64,000 nt of DNA from NCBI GenBank assembly GCA_902386025.1, contig CABMHR010000001.1, forward strand, positions 99,741 through 163,740, written 5' to 3'. This DNA comes from an uncultured archaeon. GTDB lineage: Archaea > Nanobdellota > Nanobdellia > Pacearchaeales > GW2011-AR1. A model generated the notes under the pieces. It was given only the letters and a program-made list of their open reading frames with translations. It had not been told where the DNA came from and did no database searches. The position numbers and the translations under genes were made by a program. Positions 61,797-64,000 of this stretch are shown here, piece by piece. The first letter of the stretch is position 1. The number at the start of each line of letters is the position of its first letter.

Positions 61797-62975
61797 ATGG
61801 ATATACATAACTACAAGAGAAGATTAGAGAGAACATTAGAGAATATTAAAAATTCTAAAGATATTTCGGATAATAATAAAAAAACTATTTTGAAGTTTCA
61901 TGATTCTTGTTTTGCCGATGGGATTAGTGTCTGCAAAATTGAAAGATATTTGTATGACTTAGCTCGATTTTCTCAAATGCTCAATAAAGATTTTGAAAAC
62001 GTGGAAAAAGATGATTTGTTAAAAGTTGCGGGAGAGATAGAGAAGAAAGAGTGGAGTCCAAACAGCAAACAGACTTTTAAGGTTATGATGAAAAAATTCT
62101 ATAAGTGGTTGGAAGGAAATGGAGAAAGCTATCCAGAAAAAATAAAATGGTTAAAAACAAATCTCAAGAATAATCATAAAAAACTACCTGATGAATTAAT
62201 TAATGAAGAGGAAATTGAGAAACTTATTAGATTTTCTAATAATATAAGGGATAGGACATTTATATCTTTGTTATATGAGACAGGTTGCAGAATCGGGGAA
62301 TTGGGTTCTCTTACAATTAAAGATATTTCTTTTGATGAATTTGGTGCTAAACTTATTGTATCAGGAAAAACAGGAGCAAGAATTGTCAGGATAGTTAATT
62401 CTGCACCATATATTCAAGAATGGATTAATAATCACCCCTTCAATAAAAATCAAAACTCATATATTTGGATTAAGAAAAATGGAGAATCAATAAGCTATGC
62501 TCGTCTTTCTTCTATAATCAAGAAAACTGCTAAGAGAGCAGGAATAACAAAAAGGATTCATCCGCATTTATTTAGACACAGCAGAGCTTCTTATCTTGCT
62601 AATTACATAACGGAGTCGCAGATGAAAAATTATCTGGGGTGGACACAATCCAGCAAAATGGCAGGAATTTATGTTCATCTTAATGATACTGATAATGCAA
62701 TATTAAGAATGAACGGACTAAAGAAAGATGAAGAAAAACAAGAGCAAAAACTAAAACCAAAAACATGTATTAGATGTAAAACAATTAATGAGACTACAAA
62801 TAGATTTTGTAAACTATGCGGTTTTATTTTAGACGCAGATACAAGCAAAGAGATATTACAAAAAGAATCTGAAAGAAATCAGATGGATGATATACTTAAT
62901 GAGGTTATGAAAGATAAGGACGTTTTAGAGTTATTGAGCCAGAAGATTAAAGAGAAAAAGTTGATTAATAAATAA
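61797..62975 (+). mobile_element. Tyrosine recombinase/integrase (phage-integrase family) with C-terminal zinc-ribbon
   Basis: ETGCRIGEL (Arg I region), HPHLFRHSRASYLA (H-x-x-R), AGIYVHL (catalytic Tyr region), CIRCKTINETTNRFCKLCG. Starts 69 nt downstream of tRNA-Ser. Confidence 0.85.
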
Positions 62976-63005
62976 TCTTATTAATATTAATAGTTCTATT
63001 CTTTT

Positions 63006-64000
63006 ATGGAGACTGAGTATGAAAGAATAGAAAGATTACTTAAACAAAATCCCAATACTTATCAGTTCTTGGAGAAGAAGTATGGATATACTCCTTTTGA
63101 TTATGATACCGACTGGCATGGTAAGACAGCCAATGGTTGGGTTCAAAGAAAAGAAAAAAGTTTAGATAAAGAGATAAAAAATATTACTAATGAAATATTA
63201 GATAAAATTTTTAATAATATAAAATTACTTGAACCAGAAAAAGATAAAATAAGAGCTTATGTGCTTAATAGTGCTTGGAATTTCCATCTATCTGGTAAAA
63301 AAAGAATAAATGAAAAAGTCTCCTACGGAAATCCTAATCTTATAGGAGAACAAAAAAGAGTGACAATACTTGCTGTAATCTATAATCTTTTAACAAATTG
63401 GGAAAAACAATTTTATGATATATTAAAAAAATCTTCTGGAGAAGATTTTATTTTATTAGAAGATGGATTGAAAGAGGTAAAGAGCATGTTAAAAATTCTT
63501 GAGGAAGATTCTGCTTTACCTAAGGCTAAAAGAAAAATTGAAAGAATTTTATTGACAAAAATTCCTAATGACTTTTTTATTCCAAAAAAAGTAGATACCC
63601 TATTTATAAAATCTAATGAAGTTGGTTTTGATAATTTATTTAAGTCAGATAAAGAAAAAATAAAGAAAAATACAATTCTAAAAAATCAAACTTATGATGA
63701 CATAATAAAAGATATTAAAGTATATAGTGAAATAATACGAACACGAGGGAAAGTGCTTTCATTGTCTATAATGAATGAATTAAGTAAAAAGAATAAGTCA
63801 AGAAGAGGTATAGCAGGAGCATGTTCTTATCTTGTTGCTACTCTTAATTATGTTGATGGGTTTTGGATTTTTCCAATAAAATCTATTTCTGCTTGGGCAA
63901 AGTTTTATGGAATAGATAGAAGCGTCTTTAAACAAAGGATAGAAGAAGTGAAGAGAAGTAAAGTGTGGGTAGATTATGTTACCAACCTTAATCTTTTGAA
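63006..64000 (+). CDS. Hypothetical protein, partial (runs off window end); element-borne candidate
   Basis: Hand translation from the ATG at 63006 is stop-free to 64000 (METEYERIERLLKQNPNTYQFLEKKYGYTPFDYD...RRGIAGACSYLVATLNYVDG...). Two segments faintly resemble TFIIB/cyclin-fold repeats. Weak. Confidence 0.5.
   Translation, partial: METEYERIERLLKQNPNTYQFLEKKYGYTPFDYDTDWHGKTANGWVQRKEKSLDKEIKNITNEILDKIFNNIKLLEPEKDKIRAYVLNSAWNFHLSGKKRINEKVSYGNPNLIGEQKRVTILAVIYNLLTNWEKQFYDILKKSSGEDFILLEDGLKEVKSMLKILEEDSALPKAKRKIERILLTKIPNDFFIPKKVDTLFIKSNEVGFDNLFKSDKEKIKKNTILKNQTYDDIIKDIKVYSEIIRTRGKVLSLSIMNELSKKNKSRRGIAGACSYLVATLNYVDGFWIFPIKSISAWAKFYGIDRSVFKQRIEEVKRSKVWVDYVTNLNLL

Noticed and set aside
1-64000. 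Searched by eye for CRISPR arrays, rRNA genes, additional tRNAs, and recognisable defence systems (restriction-modification, toxin-antitoxin pairs, Cas genes).
   Set aside because: No regularly spaced direct repeats and no rRNA-like GC-rich structured segments. Only one convincing cloverleaf was found (61649..61728). The NYN-domain gene (60928..61527) stands alone without a recognisable partner, so no defence system is claimed.

Overview
AT-rich archaeal window, probably from a small-genome, DPANN-like lineage. That is inferred from archaea/eukaryote-type r-proteins eL19, eL32 and eS4, plus aSUI1, AglB, prefoldin and a DUF106 insertase; no database was searched. There are three blocks. (1) 1-39.6 kb is a very large cell-surface/N-glycan locus ending at the oligosaccharyltransferase AglB. 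It holds dTDP-sugar genes (RmlA/RmlB/cupin), a nucleotide-heptose-like module (SIS isomerase, two GHMP kinases, HAD, two nucleotidyltransferases, epimerase), many GT2/GT4/GT-C glycosyltransferases, methyltransferases, six radical-SAM enzymes (five B12-type, one fused to a DegT aminotransferase), and a bacterial-style carrier-protein module (FkbH, 2 ACPs, MaoC, SDR, E2-like acyltransferase, AcpS). (2) 41.4-56.9 kb is the archaeal L3-to-SecY ribosomal-protein cluster on the minus strand. It is interrupted by six orphan small ORFs (57-103 aa), each start/stop-coupled to its r-protein neighbours. It also carries two copies of a hairpin-plus-mini-ORF cassette; a third copy, 38 nt identical, lies in the glycan locus. 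(3) 57-64 kb holds an AI-2E-type permease, AMP phosphorylase, an NYN-domain gene, and tRNA-Ser(UGA) directly followed by a tyrosine integrase and an orphan ORF running off the window, which looks like the edge of an integrated element. No rRNA or CRISPR array was seen. All family calls come from motifs read by eye, and hand-derived coordinates were anchored to ORF-track coordinates.
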